Shown here: piece after piece, positions 21,101 to 34,429 of the stretch
Layout: every line of letters begins with the position of its first letter
How positions within the stretch are numbered: the stretch's first letter is position 1
Assembly: GCF_011386835.1 (NCBI RefSeq)
Contig: NC_088814.1
Span: 992,001-1,056,000 of the forward strand
Reading direction: 5' to 3'
DNA length: 64,000 nt
Source: Chrysemys picta bellii
Lineage: Eukaryota
Translations under genes and position numbers: made by a program
Notes under the pieces: generated by a model
Told to the model about the DNA's origin: nothing
Seen by the model: the letters and a program-made list of their open reading frames with translations, nothing else
Databases searched by the model: none

Positions 21101-24100
21101 CTTGACCTAACCCTGGGGCACCACATGGAGCCTGACGTGGGCTGAGAATGGAAACTCCCAGCCATTAATCGAGAGCTGGTCCCTAGAGCTCAGGGATTGT
21201 ACACAACACTCGGTGTCTTATCAGGGTGACATTTCCATGGCCCCTGGTGCCCGTGCCGGTGCCGGTGCCAGCCCTGCTCTTTGAAGGCCCGCTCTAATCA
21301 AGCAACGTAACCTACTTTCCGATGTGTTCGGCTGCCAGCTGGGCCGTCGCTCTCCTGGGGGATTAGGTCACTAATCAAAGGGAACGCTGCTCTGCTGAGC
21401 GCTCCACTGTCTTGCTTATTAGCTCCCATGCTGCCAGAATCCATCTCCTGTGAGCTCGGAGTTCATGGCAGGGAGACAGAGGGGCTGCGATGGGGCTGAG
21501 CAGGGAGGAGGTCTGAGCGCCCACTGAACTCAGCGCCTCTCAGCATCTGGTCATGGTCCCCAGGGCTCCCCTGCACAAGACTGGGACGCACATGTCAATC
21601 AACTACACGCTCTGGGGAACCACATATCTGGCTGGGCTGGCACTGGCAGGGTAGCGTCCTGGGCTCGCTCCAGCCTCTGCACATATGGGGAAGGCTTTGG
21701 CCCTGCCGTGTGTATCTTGGGGGTGGACAGATCCCATTAGAGATTCAAAATTAACAACACTGCTGAGAAGGGCCTCGAAGTCCAGGGCTCATCTGAACCC
21801 TTTCGCAAGGCTGACGGAGCAGAATGGCACAAGACTGGATGTCAGGAGAACTGTGCGTGATCAGAAAAATTCAAGCAGGTCCCAGCTGCACAGCACGTCC
21901 CCAGCAGAGTCACTCGCCCACCCAGGCAACATGCAGTGTCATGCTTTCCCCACACTGCTGCTTCCTGGCAGGGTGTGCTCCCTGCTCTGCGTGCGCTGGG
22001 GGCTTGGTGATGCCACCCACCGCTAGAGACGAATCCCTGAGCTCCTGACGAGGATAGTGACTAGGGAACCATGTGCTTCCTGGGGTGTGGTTGGGGGAGT
22101 TCTCAGCTTCCCATTCTCAGTTCCTGGGTGTGACACGGGTCACTTTCCTCCTGGAGCTCCAGCCCTGATCTTATGTTCGATCGGTCGCCTAAAGCACCTA
22201 CCCAGGAAGGTCCCTCAACTCCAGCCAGGTAACTCTTCTCCTGACTTCCTTAGCCTGGAGTTAGACACAGACACATCATTCCAGCCCTGAACACAGCTCT
22301 GGGGCCAGTGCAGACTCAGGGCTCCCCAGAGACAAGGGGTCAGAATTGGTCAAACTGAAACGACACTCGATCAGAACCGATGGCATTTAAAAAAAAGCCC
22401 CAAGCCCGTGAGCAGGTCTGAGCTGGGTGTGCATGGCCTGATAGTGCCCTGATCTCAGCCCAGGGCCCCTTACGCTCCACCTTCCCTTGGCCAGATAGCC
22501 TGTAATCAGTGTGACCAGCTGCAGCTGGGATCTCAGAGCTGCAGGGCACCTGATCAGCCCCAGAGAGACCCGCCTAACCCCAGCCCCTGGTGCAGCAGCA
22601 GACCCTCCACTGGAAGCTGACAAGCCGCTGCCCTGGGAGTGTCCAAAGGGCCAGCCAGGGCTCACTGCCCCACAGTGTGAACAGGGAGGTTCCAAACAGG
22701 CTCCACACTGCTGAGTCTGAGTGTGGGGCCCCCATCCCCCATCGGGAGCCCAGACTCTTGTGTCATTACAGTGGGAACGGGTGAAACCTGATCCTACTGC
22801 TGCTTCTCCCTGGCACCCCATCCCCACAGCCACCCGGCAGGCTCTGCACAGCTGGGCTTTGCCGGCTCCCTGCCTGGGTGCCGGCAGCTGAACCCCTGTC
22901 CGGGCAGAATACCTTCCTGCCACGGCCCACGGAGAGGTATCCTCGCCATCGTTCCAACTACTACTGAGGGTAGGTTTCCACAGCCGAGCTGTCGGAACTG
23001 GCTGCCTGTTATCTGCCCGCTCCTGGTTCGCTCTTCTCGCCCAAGGAAGCAGAAGCCCCTTTGGGCAACTTTCTGACACTTGTGTGGCAAAGCCCAACGT
23101 GAAGGCGCTGTGATTCTTCAAGCTTTGCTCTTTCCCTCTTCCCCGGCCGTTTGCCAGCACTCCCTCCACTTGGGCTTTAGTCCCAGCCCTGGCCTGCAGT
23201 GCGCACACTGCAGTTCTCCTCCTCCCAGCTCAGGGGCTGAGGTTGTACTCGCCCTGTGCACTAATTCATTTGCTTTACTTACAGAAGATCATTGGAGTTC
23301 TTCCTCGGCTGTGAAGAAATATAAAGGGAAGGGAGTGGAGTCTTGTAGTTAGAGCCAGCCCGGCGTGTCAGGACGCCTGGGTTCTGTTCCCTCCCGCATG
23401 ACCATGGGCTAGTCTCTGCTCTCCAGGCCTTACCTGGAAATGACAATAATGATGTTTTCCACAGATGTTAAGGCTAGAGGGGACCATCTAGTCTCACCTC
23501 CTGTGTAACCCAGGCCAGAGAACAACCCACGGCAATCCAGCCGGCGGGTGTGGTACAGCTTGCAGTCTAGGTGTCAGACACAGCACAGCAGGGGGAGAAA
23601 ACAGGCAGCCGGGGAAGCCAAACGCCTGGTCTCACCCCTGGCTTGGCTGAGTAGCTCATTTGCTGTTTGCGGAGACCTCCTGGCACTTGTACGAGATCTC
23701 CTCCAGCTCCACGCAGCACCTGGGGGCTCCCAAAGCAACTCCAACCCACGCAAGCCAGGCTGCTTCTAATGTCACTGCCAAGTCAAGCACGCTACACAGA
23801 TAAGGATGCCAAACAATCAATGTCAGATGACAATAAAAAGCCTGGTTATTATCCCTCCCGCCGCCGGCTCTGTTTGCATTGCCACAGGGGTAGCAGTCGC
23901 TCCGCTGGGATCCTGCAAGGGCAGGCAGTGGCCAGCAAGGCTCTTTGGGCTCCGGGGGACATGGCGATACCAGCTGGCCGCAGCAGTGAGTCACAGGACT
24001 GCACCGTGCACAGTGCTGCTCTACCTAGCCCCTTCAGACAGTCCAGTCCTTCCTCCATGGGACGGGCAGCTGGTCGGGCCCTTGGTCAGAGAATACAAAC

Positions 24101-25581
24101 AGTCCCTGCCCCAAGGAACTCGCCATCCAGGTTAGAGCTGACTGGATGTGATGGAGGGGACGAGCAGGGCAGGGAAGGGGTGTCTGAGCGCTCTGGACAA
24201 AAGGGAGTACAGCGTGCTGGCTACAGGGTTATCTAAAGCCACATCAGCTCTTTCCTGAGGCAGCAGCTTGTTTAATTAAGATCACAGACTCAGTCATGGA
24301 GAGCAAGGGTACATACAGGGAAGGTAGCTCTAGCAGGAATGCAAGGCCCGGAGCAGGTCTGAGCCACGTGAACAGGAAAGACACACAAACACCCTGGGCC
24401 TGTTCGTTAAAGACTCACGGCTCAGGGTCACAGACAAGAAGGTTTGTAACCCTGCTGGTACCATCGCCACTACAGGCATGTGGGGAAGCCGGGGCTGTCC
24501 GGGCACAGAGCCACCAAGGAAGAGACCCTTTGCTGCAGTGTGTGGAAGGGAGCAGAGAGAGGAGGGCACAGGGGCTGGAGAGGGGAAGGGTACAGGAGCT
24601 ACAGGGTTAGCTATGAGGACAGAGAGGGCAAACAGCAGAGACCGGCAGGAGCCTGGATGTGAGGGGAGAACAGGGAGGAACCAAAGCCGACCCCGAAGTA
24701 GAGATCTTCACTAGCACCCATCTGGTCTGCAGACAGCTTGGGGGAGGGCTGGAAGCCAATGAGAAACATGTTTAACCAAAGAATAGTGAGCGGGGCACTG
24801 TCCTAGGGCAGTGCGGGGCTGGCAGCGGGTTCTGCAGGGAGTGCACTAGCTCCCTCTGCTGGGCAAAACAAACCAGACTTGTTGAATTGATGCTCGGGAG
24901 CACAACCACCCACCCACTGCGGCTCTGTCCAGACGGGAGCCAGAGACGCCAACCCAGGGCGCCCGTCGGCCCCCAGCACAGTGACTCTCGGCTGCGGCTC
25001 ACAGACGACGGTGGGCTCGGATCTGTTTTCCTTACCCACTCATTACCAGGCTCCGGCTGAAGGGTGACTATTTTTGCTCAGTACTTGCATCAGCTGCGGG
25101 GAGATGGAAACTGTGAGCACTTAGGGAAACAGACCAAGAAGTTTCCTAGTCTCAGCTGCCTCGCTCTGAGTTTCAGGGGAGATGTGATGGGGTGGGTGGC
25201 AAGTCACATGAGAGCCCCATGCCCACACATCAGTCTTAAATAAGGAGTCACAACCCACTTCGTCAAAACAGCCGTCAAAATCCACCACCTGAGAGAGGAA
25301 CAACGAGGCAGCACTGGGAAGCAAAGGGTTAAGATTACGGCTAATTAAACCAGTTGTTTAAGGCTTTAATTGTCCAAGAAACAAGCCATCCTGGCTTCTG
25401 GGGGAGGGGAATGCAAGGGCACCCTGCTATCCTGCTGTTTATTCACAGCCCAGGAAAGTCCTTGCAGAGAGATGATCAGGACTGGAGACCGCATTAGCCC
25501 TGTGTAAACCGCCCGCCTTGGTGCAGAGGAATGAGGCCAGAGCTATTCCCTCTGAGCCTAGGTTGCAGGAGCCAGGCCTCC

Positions 25582-26273
25582 TGTTGTCAGTAGCTACCGG
25601 TGTGGTGCTCTGCTCTTGTTCAATGACGACAACAGTCGGCTGTGTGCGTGTCCCCTCTGTGCGGATCGCTGACACAGCAGACCCCGAGAGAACCCCCAAA
25701 GACCACAGACTTTAGTAAGGTACGAAGGAACCCGCCCCAGGTTTATTGTTAAATGGAGCACAGTAATAGTTTCCCGTAGACTTTACAAGACATACTACGA
25801 ATTTGTGCCCCCTGGCAAAGGACCAGCTCAGTCAGTGGCGGGACTTTTCACTGCCCCCTAGGCCAGACAAAGATGCGCACTCCGGGACCTACTTTTATAC
25901 AGTTACAGGATAGATTACTTATCCCTACTGACGTATTAGGGTGCTGCTCCTCCATTGATCATGTTGTTTTAAACAGATCTATCCATCATGCTGTCCTTCT
26001 GACCCTGTCTTTAAGATGCACTTGCCTGTTCCTTGTTATCTCTGTGGAGTGTTCTGATGCCATTTTGGCACAAGTTCCTCTTATTAGCACTTATGTGTGG
26101 ATGCACCTGATTCTAGCAGCCCTCTTCTCGCCAACTTCTCTGAGTGGGGCCTGCCTCTGGCTCACAGCCCAGCTTTTGCTTAGCAATGTCTGGAAGTGCT
26201 TTGGTTCAGGCTTCAGGTCTCAGACTGGGCCTCTGACACAAGAGTTTATGTTTTAGGGCCTCATCTTACTACA
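25582..26273 (-). mobile_element. Solo LTR (692 bp)
   Basis: TG...CA ends with a perfect 5-bp TSD CCTCC (25577-25581 and 26274-26278); on the minus strand TATAAAA at 25893-25899 and AATAAA at 25742-25747. Confidence 0.85.
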
Positions 26274-27636
26274 CCTCCTACCAGCAAAGCAGCACTCAGG
26301 GCAGCAGTAAGAGACGGCCCCAGAACTGAGGTGTCACACCAAAGCCCCCAAGTGCAGGTTGACACAGACGCACCTGTGCGAAGGACAGCACGTGAGCCGA
26401 GGGCGTGTGTACCACTGACTCCAAGTCACATGAGTTCCCATTACAAGGCAGAAGGGTTTTCTCTCCACCAGCCCCACAAACTCAGGCCGGGCTCTAGCAC
26501 CTTGTCAGCCCTGAAAATTACCTGCTGTTGACAAGGGGTGTCAGCGAGGGCTGCAGCTGAACCAGTGCCGAACGCTGCTTAGACAAGGGCAGGGAAGGGC
26601 AAACTGTCCTGTGCTGCCCCAGAAAACACAGCTCAGACTTGTCCAGCAGAACTGAGCTGAGCTCTTGCTGTTTCACCCATCGTCACCAGGGCAGAGGGTC
26701 TGAACACCAAACTGTCCCCTCCCACTACCCATCACTGCTACAGAGCAGCCCTGTCACACCTGCTCCATCTCTCTAGCCACAGGCAGGAGTGCCCAGGTGA
26801 CGCTGCACACCCTAGGACACAGGCTGGAAAGAGCCCAGACTGTCTGTGGGGCTGGCAGTTAGAAAAGGCATCTTTTCACTTACAAAGACAGACCACTGGA
26901 TTTGGAATCAGCGAGAGAGACTCGCTGGGAACCCTTCCCCTCTCCCCAGTAGGCTGCCATCTTCACAGCCTTTTCAACGCAGAATTGCAATGTAAGGCCA
27001 CTAATCTGACAGAAAAGCAACCCTCAGTTTCGTTACCAATGAAGCAAAAAAAACCACCCAGTGCTGCTCTATAAATACACCTTCTTTTAATTATGCCAAA
27101 TGAATTCCCAGGCACCTCCCCGGTTCCGTCTGCTTCACAGTGACGCCTCTTGTTCTCCTGCTGACATATTTTATAACTCAAAAGCTGTCACCGGTTCGGT
27201 GGTTCTGCTCGTCGCACTCTGCGACCGGAACGGGGCGAGAGATCTGCCCTTTGAAAGCCAAACTCAACTAACCGGCCTCTAGCTGAAGAGCCATGTGATT
27301 GGCTTGCCAGTGCCTGCTCTTCAGCTACTTCACGGGAACTAGGGTCAATAACTGGAGTGGTTCCGCATCATTCCTGGAGCGGTTCCTCTTGAATCTACCT
27401 AGAGCAGCTTTAACCCCTCAGATAAACAGAATCAACAGGGAGCAGAGAACGACAGAAGATCTCTGAAGATTTCTAAGAAAAAGTCATGTCTTCGGAAGGC
27501 TTCACAGCTTCTCCTTGCCCCAAGAAAGCCAGAATACGCAGCTGCTTCCAGTCACTGCTCGATTCCAGGCCTGAAGACTGAGCCTTTCAAGCTAGAAATA
27601 CTTTAGCAGTCAGAGGAGATGGAAAGGGAGGGGTGC

Positions 27637-27752
27637 CTATTGAAAGAACTTGACGCCTCGGCCGTCGTCGAGTGTGATAATTTCAGCCCTGTGGTCTTGC
27701 TGTAAGGCTTGCAGGGCACGAAGCAACATGGACTCTTCCAAGCCATGGAACT
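27637..27752 (-). CDS. VPS25: VPS25 exon 6 (last coding exon): (E)FHGLEESMLLRALQALQQDHRAEIITLDDGRGVKFFQ*
   Basis: Acceptor ccttccctag; TAG at 27637-27639; matches the VPS25 C-terminal winged-helix sequence. Confidence 0.95.
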
Positions 27753-28359
27753 CTAGGGAAGGATGAAACACCCTCAGTCAATAGAAACCATAAGAATCAC
27801 ACCTCAAAACCAACACAACGCACAGCAGTCTGCGACTAAGGATGGCAAACTAGGATGTGCCTTACAGAGCACCTTTCACAGACCCCAAGAGTGTAACGAA
27901 GAGCCCAATGAATCCAAGCCACCGCTGCCACCACGTCCGAAAGAGATAAGCTGGGTGCTGTTAAACAGAGAAGGAACAGACAATGCAGCTTTCAGCACAG
28001 ACCTGAAAGCTGCAAGGGAGCCAGGCAGATCTCACAAGGAAGAAAACTCAACCCCCCTGGAGCCAGAGGAACAAGAGGACAGAGCTTTGGTGTGGTGAAG
28101 GGAGAGAGGCTCGGTGACAGGCAGGGAAAACACACTAATGATACGGAGATCTCAGGGTGGGTAGCGAATAAAGCGTACAGCCCCGCTTCTCAGTGGTGAT
28201 CAATGTGAGCCCCAAAATACAGAGAGAGCATGCAGCAACTACAAGCAACTGTAAAGAATTTCACCATTAAAACTGTCACCTGGCAGTACAAATTCTTTGT
28301 TCTTACAGTACTGTTGTGCTCTGGAAAGCAGCCCCAGAACACACAAGAAGTGATGTTAC

Positions 28360-28435
28360 CTTCATTCTCTGTGTCATCTCCATTGGACAGCTCGTAGAGT
28401 GTGAATACAGAGTTGGTCAGGCCGTTCTTAGACAC
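28360..28435 (-). CDS. VPS25: VPS25 exon 5 (76 nt): VSKNGLTNSVFTLYELSNGDDTENE
   Basis: AG/GT boundaries, phase 0 to 1, joins in frame. Confidence 0.95.
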
Positions 28436-29120
28436 CTGGAAAAACAAGAGCAATGTAGAGAATTTCACTTTTGTGTCTTACAACCAATTAAGATTCCCAG
28501 CAGAGATCAGTGCTGGATCTTCATTTCAATGGAGTGGAACCCAGTCAGTATTTACTGGCAAACTAACTCCTCAGACAAGGAGATTTGACTGTGGAGAAAG
28601 CAGTCCAACTCCTATCGCTGTCTCGCCATCCTTTACTCCTTCTCTCCAACTCTGACAACGACTTTTACAACGAGAACTCGTGTCATGGAGGGGAGTGCAA
28701 CAGCAGCTTTGTGCTCACTACTGAACTCTCAACCACACTCACGGGGAGATGGGTGTGAACAGTGCATTCACTTGCCTATCACAGCTTTTTACACAATGTA
28801 AGGTGTGCACCACTACGAGAGCCCTACACCTCCCTGCAGCAGAGGGGAATGGGACCCCCAAAGGTAAAGGCAGTGGGGGGATCAGGGCACCAACATTGAC
28901 AATTGCATTTTTCACAGATCACAAGCCAGACCCTTTGTCAGCGTCCATCTGCCTGTGGGACTGGCGGTTAGAAAGGGCTGGTTGCGGGTGAGATGTCAAA
29001 TCAGCAATTTGGTTCAGACCCTTTTGCAGCGAGTCTGAAATGAGAGCTGCCCCCCGCCCCCCCCCCAATACACAGAAATGGACCATGGGCTGTACAGTAT
29101 CAAAGCTTCTGTGACCTCAC

Positions 29121-29209
29121 CCACTGATAGATGAGCTTTCCCCATTCTTCTGGTCTCCGCCACATGATCAGGAAACTGGATTTGTTCTTGTCTAACCATT
29201 CTAGGTTCC
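29121..29209 (-). CDS. VPS25: VPS25 exon 4 (89 nt): GNLEWLDKNKSSFLIMWRRPEEWGKLIYQW
   Basis: tttcag acceptor, GTGAG donor, conserved WRRPEEW motif. Confidence 0.96.
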
Positions 29210-29647
29210 CTGAAACGCAATGGAAAGGGTGTATTTACCACAGGGCCCCAAGTCAAGAATGACACCTCATTACAGGTGGACGCTATGTCTGTTTGTAGCT
29301 CCATCTCTACCTCATTCTGTCACTCACACCTGCTTCCTACCCACCCCCACATTCAAATCAAAAATCTCTCCTGCCTCTGGGCCCGACTCTCCCTCTCCCA
29401 GTGCAGTGGATTGCGATGCTGCATAAGGAAAGGGACAAGGAACTCTGAAAACAGAGACAACACTGAAAAACAACCGGAACTCAGGGAGAGTCCAATAGGA
29501 GTGGTACATCCATGCCCAGACGGTTTTGGGACAGTCGCACAGCCAGACTCTCAGCACTAGGAGGGAAATTAGACACAGGTCTTGCTGACACACCCAGCAC
29601 AGGCAACATGAACAGTCACAGACAATTCGGCAGAGATTTTCACCCAC

Positions 29648-29701
29648 CTTTTTTCCTGAGTTCTTCTAACACAACTTGTATGGACTCCGTGGGGAGTTTC
29701 C
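29648..29701 (-). CDS. VPS25: VPS25 exon 3 (54 nt): RKLPTESIQVVLEELRKK
   Basis: accag acceptor, GTGGGT donor, in frame. Confidence 0.95.
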
Positions 29702-30055
29702 CTGGTTCTGGGTTAAGGAAACATTCAGTGCGATTTAGCAGCACAGGCAAAGCTCAGAGGATGATGTTAGATGTGTGACCATCTCTAACACTGCTCACAG
29801 CAGAAACGGGCTGGGGGAAGGAACCGAACGCAAGGCATGCCCTGAGAGAGTCCTGAATAACGGAAATAAGCAAAGCTCTAAAATAATAAATCCAGGTAAC
29901 GTTTCCAGGCACCTTTCATCACTGAGGATTCCATCGCGCCTCACAAACCGCATACAAACCAAAAACCACATTCCCATCAAAATGCAGCCACCTCTGGGGT
30001 GGATGGCAGCACATGACAAATACAGAACAGGCTGGATGAAAGTGGGGGAAGGGGG

Positions 30056-30577
30056 CAGGGCCAGCCTTAGGGGTGGGCAAAGGAGGACATCACCCAGGGC
30101 GCCGTGCTCAGCGGGGCACCCTGCACAGCACAGAGGTGCACTGCGTGGTATCTCTCACCTGACCTGCTGAGAGCCAGCTGGGTTTATGGAGGCAGCCAGG
30201 CAGATGAGCGGCAGCATCGAGAGAGGGCAGACTGACAACCTGAGCTGCAGGAGGGCAGCTGGACCAGCCAAGTAACTGCTCTGGAACGGGGGAGCCCCTC
30301 CTCCCCCTTCCTGCCATCTGCAGACTCTGCTGCCCCCCCCCTTGTAGCCATCTCTGGCCAAGCTGCTCGGAATCAAGAGCCTGCCTCCTGTCTGCTGCAT
30401 AGAGCACTGATGTCGGGAGTCTCCCCGCCCGTGTACCCAGGCTCCAATGAGCTGGGGTGGGGGGACAAGGGAACCCTGTCTGTGCTGCTGCCTCTGGGTC
30501 AGGAGTGGCTGCTGCTGTGGAAACAAGCGTTCAGGTTGGTGACTGCTCTGCTTAAAGAGACAGCACACTGACACACA

Positions 30578-30610
<33 letters not shown>

Positions 30611-32112
30611 CTATTATTATTGTTGTTATTCCTTGGTACTTCCCGTCAAAATGCACAATGCACATATATTCTCTGTCATTTTATTCTTTCAAAGTTCGTT
30701 AAAGATTACTGTGCTGTTATTTTAGTTTTTTGACTGGTCTGTGCATTTCATAATTTTCTTTTTCTTATGCTTAAATTTAATTCTTTGAGTAGCGAGTTCT
30801 AAAATGCCAAACCTGTCCTGGCTGGGGTAATTATTATTTCTTTTATTAGCATATTGTGCTTTGTCATTCATTATTTACAGTGGTACAATCAAATAACAGT
30901 ATCCTTCTAGAATGTAAATGTTGCTTTTACTCACCTTAGCAGTGCCAGTTTAAAAAATATTAGCTAAACACATAACTTCAGACACTGTGCAGATGAAAGT
31001 CGCTTATTTTCAAATTGTATTTGTAGTTATATCTGTAAAATAACTTGAAATTTGTACGAAAATAAATGTGGTTCCAAGTCTGATACTAATAGTCATGATG
31101 GAGTCAAATGTTAGTAAGTCACATATGTGACTGTGATCAGTAAATATAAATGCCAAAATAATTAGAAAAATAAATTCCCGTTCTTAATAAAATAGAAAAA
31201 AAATCCGCAATCACGTTTGTTAAAATTAAGTAAATATGTTTTTAGTGGAGTGAAAAACAATTGACTGAAACAGCAGATAATGGCAGTAACACAGAGTTTG
31301 TCTGTTAGAGAAAGTAAGCAAATTTTAAGCAGAGTTTATGTATTTTTTATTTCTCTCTACTACAGATCGTGCACAAAGTATCAAACTTGTGTTTCTGGTA
31401 TCTGTGTTAAGCTCCAGAACTGATACGTCTAGGTTAGGGATTGGGAATACCTCGCTGTATTATCTCCTGATCGTTCTAAACTTAAAATATGGCTTTAATT
31501 GGTGTTTGTATATTTTTTCTTTCTTTTTATAGGAATTAGATCGAAATTAGCTGACAGAGCACTGTTATTATCTGGGGGGGGGGGGGGGGGGAAAACAAAA
31601 CCTAGAGTTTTAAGGTGCCTAAGTAGGCCCTGGAATCACAGTTAAAGTTGCCGCTCCCACCAAAATCTGTTGGTGAGCCAGGAGTGGCCAGAAGGCTGCA
31701 GGATGGCTGTGGGCTCCAGCAAGATGCAGCCCCTATGTGATAGCGCGAAGCCCACCTTGAGTCGCAGGCGGACTGCTAGGCGCCACAAGCCACAGCAGCA
31801 GTGCAGAAGTAAAGGCGGCAACACACCATACACCAGGTCACCCTTACTTCTGCCTTACTGCTGACAGTGGGGTTGCCTTCAGAGCTGGGCACCCAGCCGG
31901 CAGCTGCTGCTCTCTGGCCACTTAGCTAGCGCTTACCTCTTTCAAAACAAATTAAGCACTGGGGAGAGGCTACGGGGCCCGGAGGTGAGAGCCCAGGAGT
32001 GATGGGGCACCCATGGGGGCCGGAGCAATGGGGGGGGGGGGGGGGCCATGGGCGCCAGAGACTCCAAAATTCAAGTCCACCCAGGGCGTCATTTTCCCTA
32101 AAGCTGGGCCTG
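30056..32112. mobile_element. Non-autonomous hAT element (2057 bp) in VPS25 intron 2
   Basis: TIRs cagggccagccttag and the reverse complement of ctaaagctgggcctg (13/15), perfect 8-bp TSD GAAGGGGG (30048-30055 and 32113-32120); no recognisable ORF. Confidence 0.85.
30570..30608. repeat. (CA)n microsatellite
   Basis: Run of ca dinucleotides inside the hAT element. Confidence 0.9.
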
Positions 32113-32563
32113 GAAGGGGGAATTTTGGCCAATGACACTTAGAAAAATCCCTCTTTTTACATGGAGTCCTTGTGAAGTTTAATGTCCATGCAGACAGCAG
32201 CACAGAGACACGACTCCTCAAAGGAGGATTACAAGGCAGAACACCCTGCCCCTGACGATACAATGTTATTTACTGCCTAACACTGCAGGAATGAGCCTGC
32301 TGGTCTGGGGCCAAGGAGCAGAACTGTTGACCTGGAAGAATGTGTATCTTGCAAACAGTTCTGCTCTGTAACTGCCAGAAGTAACTGAGAGTCCCTGCGC
32401 TGTATTCATGGCGTCCTGGACAAAGCAGCCATCTACTACTGTAGGGAACCGTGCCACTCAGCACACCCTGGTCCCAACCCAAACGGTTCTCCAGGATTCC
32501 CTCCCGTGGTTACCGATTGCTTTACAGAGACAGTAAAATCCACCTCAAATTATGGCTTTGGAT

Positions 32564-34223
32564 TAGGGCTGTCAAGTGATTAAAAAAATTAATTGTGATT
32601 AATCACATTGTTAAACAGTAATAGAATGCCATTTATTTAAATATTTTGGATGTTTTCTACATTTTCAAATATATTGATTTCAATTACAACACAGAATACA
32701 AAGTGTACAGTGCTCACTTTATTCTATTTTATTTTGATTACAAAGTATTCGCACTGTAAAAAACAAAAATAGTATTTTTCAATTCACCTAATACAAGTAC
32801 TGTAGTGCAATCTCTTTATCATGAAAGTTGGACTTACAAATGTAGAATTATGTACAAAAAAAAAATGCATTCAAAAATAAAACAGTGTAAAATTTTAGAG
32901 CCTGCAAGTCCACTCAGTCCTACTTCTTGTTCAGCCAATTGCTTAAACAACTTTGTTTACATTTGCAGGAGATAATGCTGCCCACTTCTCGTTTACAATG
33001 TCACCTGAAAGTGAGAACAGGCATTCTTGAAGCACTGTTGTAGCCGGCATTGCAAAATATTTATGTGCCAGACGCACTAAAGATTCATATGTCCCTTCAT
33101 GCTTCAACAACCATTCCAGGGGTCATGCATCCATGCTGATGACAGGTTCTCCTCGATAAGACTCCAAAGCAGTGTGGACTGACGCATGTTCATTTTCATT
33201 ATCTGAGTCAGATGCCTCCAGCAGAAGGTTGATTTTCTTTTTTGGTGGTTCGGGTTCTGTAGTTTCTGCATCAGAGTGTTGCTCTTTTAAAACTTCTGAA
33301 AGCATTCTCCACATCTCGCCCCTCTCAGATTTTGGAAGGCACTTCAGATCTTAAACCTTGGGTTGAGTGCTGTAGCTATCTTTAGAAATCTCACACCGGT
33401 ACCTTCTTTGTGTTTTGTGAAATCTGCAGTGAAAGTGTTCTTAAAATGAACAACATGTGCTAAGTCATCATCCGAGACTGCTATAACATGAAATATATGC
33501 AGAATGTGTGTAAAACAGAGCAGGGGACATATAATTCTCCCAAAGGAGTTCAGTCACAAATTTAATTAATGCATTTTTTTTTAAAACGAGCGTCATCAGC
33601 ATGGAAGCATGTCCTCTGGAATGGTGGCTGACACATGAAGGGGCATACGAATGTTTAGCATATCTGGCACGTAAATACCTTGCAATGCCGGCTACAAAAG
33701 TGCCATGCAAATGCCTGTTCTCACTTTCAGGTGACATTGTAAATAAGAAGAGGGCAGCATTATCTCCTGCAAATGTAAACAGACTTGTTTGTTTTAGCGA
33801 TTGGCTGAACAAGAAGTAGGACTGAGTGGACTTGTAGGCTCTGAAGTTTTACATTGCTTTGGTTTTGAGTGCAGTTATGTAACCAAAAAAAATCTACATT
33901 TGTAAGTTTCACTTTCACAATAAAGAGATTGCGCTACAGTACTTGTGTGAGGTGAATTGAAAAATACTATTTATTCTGTTTATCATTTTTACAGTGCAAA
34001 TATTTGTAATAAAAAATTATATACACTTGGATTTCAATTACAACACAGAATATAATATATATGAACATGTAGAAAAAATCCAAAACATTTAATAAATTTC
34101 AATTGGTATTCTATTGTTTAACAGTGTGATTAAGACTGCGATTAATCCCAATTCATTTTTTTAATCACGATTAATTTTTGTGAGTGAATCGCGTGAGTTA
34201 ACTGCGATTAATTGACAGCCCTA
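32564..34223. mobile_element. hAT (ZBED1/Ac-type) deletion derivative with long inverted arms
   Basis: TIRs tagggctgtcaa and ttgacagcccta, TSD ctttggat/gtttggat (7/8). The hATC domain occurs twice in opposite orientation: plus 33601-33819 PLEWWLTHEGAYECLAYLARKYLAMPAT...CLFSLSG and minus about 32930-33320. Confidence 0.9.
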
Positions 34224-34283
34224 GTTTGGATTAAAGCCACCACAGCAACCTGGGCAACGAAACAGCATGGGCGTGAAGGATAC

Positions 34284-34429
34284 GCTGTAGCTTCCTGTTG
34301 TGGAAAAGTGGGCTTTCTTGGGCCTCCATGACCGTCATCGTGTACTGCTTGTTGAGGCGACAGTACGACAGCACCAAGGAGCACCAGGCTGTCATCTGCT
34401 TCTGCCGGGTGTCCACATTGGGCTGCAAC
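34284..34429 (-). CDS. VPS25: VPS25 exon 2 (146 nt): LQPNVDTRQKQMTAWCSLVLSYCRLNKQYTMTVMEAQESPLFHNRKLQ
   Basis: tttgtttctag acceptor, GTATCC donor, in frame with exons 1 and 3. Confidence 0.96.
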
